A stretch of 64,000 nt of DNA from Octopus vulgaris (lineage: Eukaryota), in assembly GCA_951406725.2 (NCBI GenBank), contig OX597816.1, positions 172,918,001-172,982,000 on the forward strand. Reading direction: 5' to 3'. Positions 60,189-64,000 of the stretch are shown here, piece after piece. Both the position numbers and the translations under genes were made by a program. Position 1 is the first letter of the stretch. Every line of letters begins with the position of its first letter. Below the pieces are notes generated by a model. The model did not search any database, was not told the origin of the DNA, and saw only the letters and a list, made by a program, of their open reading frames with translations.

Positions 60189-61434
60189 GCAGAATTACAG
60201 ATATATATTGTTAGAATGTATGTATACAATAATGTAATAAACGTGCTCTCGCACATACATACATACACACATATAGACACATACACACATACATACATAT
60301 ATACATACATACACACATACATATATACACACGTACATACATACATACATACATACATACATACATACATACATACATGCATACAAAATGCATCTATACA
60401 TACATGTACACATACAAACAGCATTTACAATGCGTATAAATAATGTATACAATATAATACGTGTGTGTTGTGTGTGTGTGTGTGTGTGCGCGCGCATGCG
60501 TCCGCGTGTGCGTGTGTTTGTGTGTGTGTGTGTGCTACAAAGAGTGTTTTTTTTTATGTGTCTATATACATGTAACTCATGATCAGCCAGATTCATATAA
60601 AAGCAGTTTCTCTGAATCCTACTTCAGCGTGGTACTTATGTTAATAAAAGCAGCCATTTTTTTTTTTTTGTTTGACTACGAGGAATGGCTGCTAGGAAGA
60701 ATCCTGTTGACTCTGGCTTCAAAACATTACTGTCACGGAATCCTGCAAGTGCTGCATATGGACACATTTATCTACAGTAGCCTAAACCGTGTCTGAGTAG
60801 AGAGAAATTTATATGGAGTGACTGTCTTCAGATAATCTTGGCTGTCTTTGTTAATGAAATTATATTTATATCATGATGGCTGACTTATCGACAAATATTT
60901 CGGACATATTTGTGTTCAGTTTTGAACCTGAATGAAACACTCAAACGGTCAACTATTTTGTGATTTATCAGCTACCAATACTTGATTTATTTATATGTTT
61001 GTAGGTACGCATGAAAATTCTCCCAGTGTTAAATGTTCAGTGTTAAATGTTAAATGTTTTGTGCTTAATTGCTATCGGCAAACTATTTTCCTCGTTGTCA
61101 TTAAATAATTAATAAAATATTCCTTAAATAGGAATTGTTTCGTTAATGACGAACTGTCAAAAGCACAAATTTGTAAATTGGTTATCCAATACGGTGCTAG
61201 CCTTATTTCTGACAGTTTTATAGTGAAGTTGATCTATACTATTAATTAGGGAATGGGGCCAGGACTACATCTTTGAAGAGTTTGTCAATAAAACATGAAA
61301 CGATTCGTTTCTCCACACATCACTAACATAGAAAGACTGTGCATACATTCTTATTGCACCTACAATGAGACACACACACATACTCCCCCCACACACACAT
61401 AAACATATGCGCTTGGGTGAATGCGCATGGCATC

Positions 61435-61501
<67 letters not shown>

Positions 61502-61699
61502 GTATATTTGAAAAAATATTTGTATAATTATATTTAAATTAAAATATAAATATATTTATAGAAGTTTAGGTGAGGGAGATGGTAGAAAGACAGATGTAAC
61601 TTATCATGAGGGGTGTAATATCCATGTGCCTGTGGATAGATATAGATAGATAATATAAATAATATATGTATGCATGCATATATATATATATATATATAC

Positions 61700-61868
61700 G
61701 CATATATGGGTACAGGACGTCACAAACTGTAAACAACATGAAATACGAAAACAAGCGAGTTAAATACGCAAACAATGAGAGAGAAAAATTGGAAACAGGA
61801 CAAATAACACAAAGGACGACCCTTCATCAGTTGTCGACTGTCTATTCTACTCCTCGTTTCGAGCAGTC
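61700..61868 (-). mobile_element. Second copy of the 33730-33925 repeat
   Basis: Reverse-complement homology (gctcgaaa.gaggagtaga...caactga.gaagggtcgt). Confidence 0.7.
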
Positions 61869-62474
61869 ACTTTTGCTGCCGTAGTTCAAAGGCTTTTAGA
61901 CACAATGCGTTTCACTATTTTGCTGTCGATCTCTGTGAGCTTCGTCTTCCTTCCATAATTATACTTGCCAGAACTAGGTCTGTATTGCTTTTGGAATGCC
62001 AACGATGCTTTTAGAGACTGCAAGGTTTTTAGTAAATGAAATCCAACAAGTTGTCCCTTGGGAAACCAGATAGATCACGCATTTTAACTTATTTAAATAT
62101 AACTATCTGTAAAATAAACGCAGGGCTATATCTTGAAGCACAGGGTATGCCTAATATACATGAACACATATACACAGACTTGAACAGTTTTGAATTTGTC
62201 GTGCTAAAAAAAAATGGTTCAATAAAAAGTAATGTTTTTATTATTTTGGGCCGCTCTTGCATATATCTACACACATATATATATAAACACACGCATACAT
62301 ATACATATATATACATACATACTTACATACATAAATACATACATGCATTCATACGTACATACATACATACGTGCATACATACGTGCATACATACATACAT
62401 ACATACATACATACATACATACATACATACATACATACATACATACATACATACATACATACATACATACATAC

Positions 62475-63167
62475 CTACAATAGCCGGATTACTACCTCCC
62501 ACTTTAAAGGGTATGCGTTTGCAATCCAGGAACAGTAAATATCAACCAAGTACCTGATGCACAAAAGGGGTAGAGATGCGGGAAAAGCAGTAAAATGTGA
62601 CAACCGATGCAGACCTTGTGGAGTTCATACTGAAGATATCACCCACATCATAAGCGGTTCTCTGAAAATATCACCACGGTATTTTCTTCTGATGAGACAT
62701 GATATTGTAGCTAGGACACTATAAATGACAAAGGACAAAGAAATAAACACCCACAATATAGTAGAAGCCATAGCAACTCACAATGAAAAGGAATACTGGT
62801 GGAATGTACCAGTGAAAACCTCAATAAAATGTAAGTACAACAGACCTGATATAATGATTTGGGATTGAGAAGAGAAACTGTGCACAGTTGTGGAAATTAG
62901 CTTCCCAGCGGATGTTAACATAAAGCTGAAGATCAGTGAAAAAAGGAACACCTATGCTGAACAATTGAGAAATCTACAGTTACTCTATCCAGATTACAAG
63001 TTCAAGTTTATACCTGTAATTATTGGGGCCCTGGGATACGTAACACACTGCTTAAATACCAATCTTGAGAGATTAGGGTTCTCAAAACCAGAAAGGAGAA
63101 GGGTAATTCGAAGACTACAAATCCAATCCATCACGGGAACTGTAAAAATCTGTAAAACTTTCCAGAA
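62475..63167 (+). mobile_element. RLE retrotransposon family D4, 5'-truncated (CCHC + RLE), decayed
   Basis: TSHFKGYAFAIQEQ, CRPCG..HIISG, RHD, NRPDIMIWD..VVEISFPAD..PVIIGALG. The 5' junction is directly in (CATA)n. Confidence 0.87.
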
Positions 63168-63305
63168 TACAGTTTTATATTTAAGAGATGAGGAATTGTG
63201 TACATTATTTACATTATTTACTATTGACAGATATTTGTCCTCATCATGTTCGTTGTTAACACAGCGTTTCGGCTGATATACCCTCCAGCTTTTATCAGCC
63301 GAAAC
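63168..63305 (-). mobile_element. PLE pseudo-LTR fragment with a decayed hammerhead and a 13-bp terminal inversion
   Basis: Minus strand ctgataa-aagctg..cagcc-gaaa-cg. gtttcggctgata (63266-78) is inverted at 63293-305. Confidence 0.6.
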
Positions 63306-63309
63306 TGAT

Positions 63310-63547
63310 ATTGTTGGAACAACAGGATACATACCAGCCAGTCTGGAAGAAAGTGTAGCTGAACTTGGGTTCTTGGAGAAAGAAAGCGAATCCTTAATTC
63401 ATACACTGCAAATGATCACCGTATCTGAAACTATAAAAATCTATAAAACCTTCGTAAGATTTAAAGGATGATGAACAAAACAAAATGCTGTTCTTCGCAA
63501 CCGAGCAGGTGACCAGTCGAAATTTACTTTAAATTAAAAGAAGAGAA
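63310..63547 (+). mobile_element. RLE retrotransposon family D5 3' end (D4 relative) followed by (CATA)n
   Basis: IVGTTGYIPASLEESVAELGF..LIHTLQMITVSETIKIYKTF aligns by eye to the D4 C-terminus IIGALGYV..LERLGF..LQIQSITGTVKICKTF. Confidence 0.7.
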
Positions 63548-64000
63548 CATACATACATACATACATACATACATACATACATACATACATACATACATTC
63601 ATGCATGCATGCATACATACATACATACACACACACACATACATACATACATACATGCATGCATACATACATACATACATACATACATGCATGCATACAT
63701 ACATACATACATACATGCATGCATACATACATACACACATACATGCATGCATACATACATACATACATAATGCATACATACATACATACACACATACATA
63801 CATACACACATACATACATACATACATACATACATACATACATACATACATACATACACATACATACATACATACATACACACATACACACACACATACA
63901 TACATACATACATACATACATACATACATACATACATACATACATACATACATACATACATACATACATACATACATACATACATACATACACACACATA
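63548..64000. repeat. (CATA)n microsatellite block
   Basis: Direct inspection. Confidence 0.95.

Overview
AT-rich eukaryotic, essentially non-genic window. The repeat landscape (tRNA/CORE-type SINEs, dense microsatellites) suggests a coleoid cephalopod, probably Octopus; this is an inference. No host protein-coding gene could be supported, and nearly all listed ORFs are translations of microsatellites. The window is a layered transposon landscape. (1) At least five or six families of RLE-type (R4/Dong-like) non-LTR retrotransposons are present. Three of them, including one apparently full-length but disrupted copy and one intact 5'-truncated RT-RLE frame, stack head-to-tail in (TAA)n arrays. 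Two others sit in (CATA)n arrays. (2) A ~560-bp non-coding element with no tRNA head occurs five times, always ending in (AAT)n with the same polarity as the Dong-like elements; it is a candidate non-autonomous partner. (3) Penelope-like remnants carry hammerhead motifs, including a young 175-bp foldback whose loop holds a U3:A8-variant hammerhead. (4) Several tRNA-derived SINE families are present, including a TSD-bounded copy that carries ~245 bp of flank from another copy 10 kb away. (5) There are non-autonomous Helitrons (one tandem dimer), a decayed mariner, a Merlin-like MITE with an 8-bp TSD, CR1/L2-like and Tx1-like LINE ends, and an 80-bp satellite.
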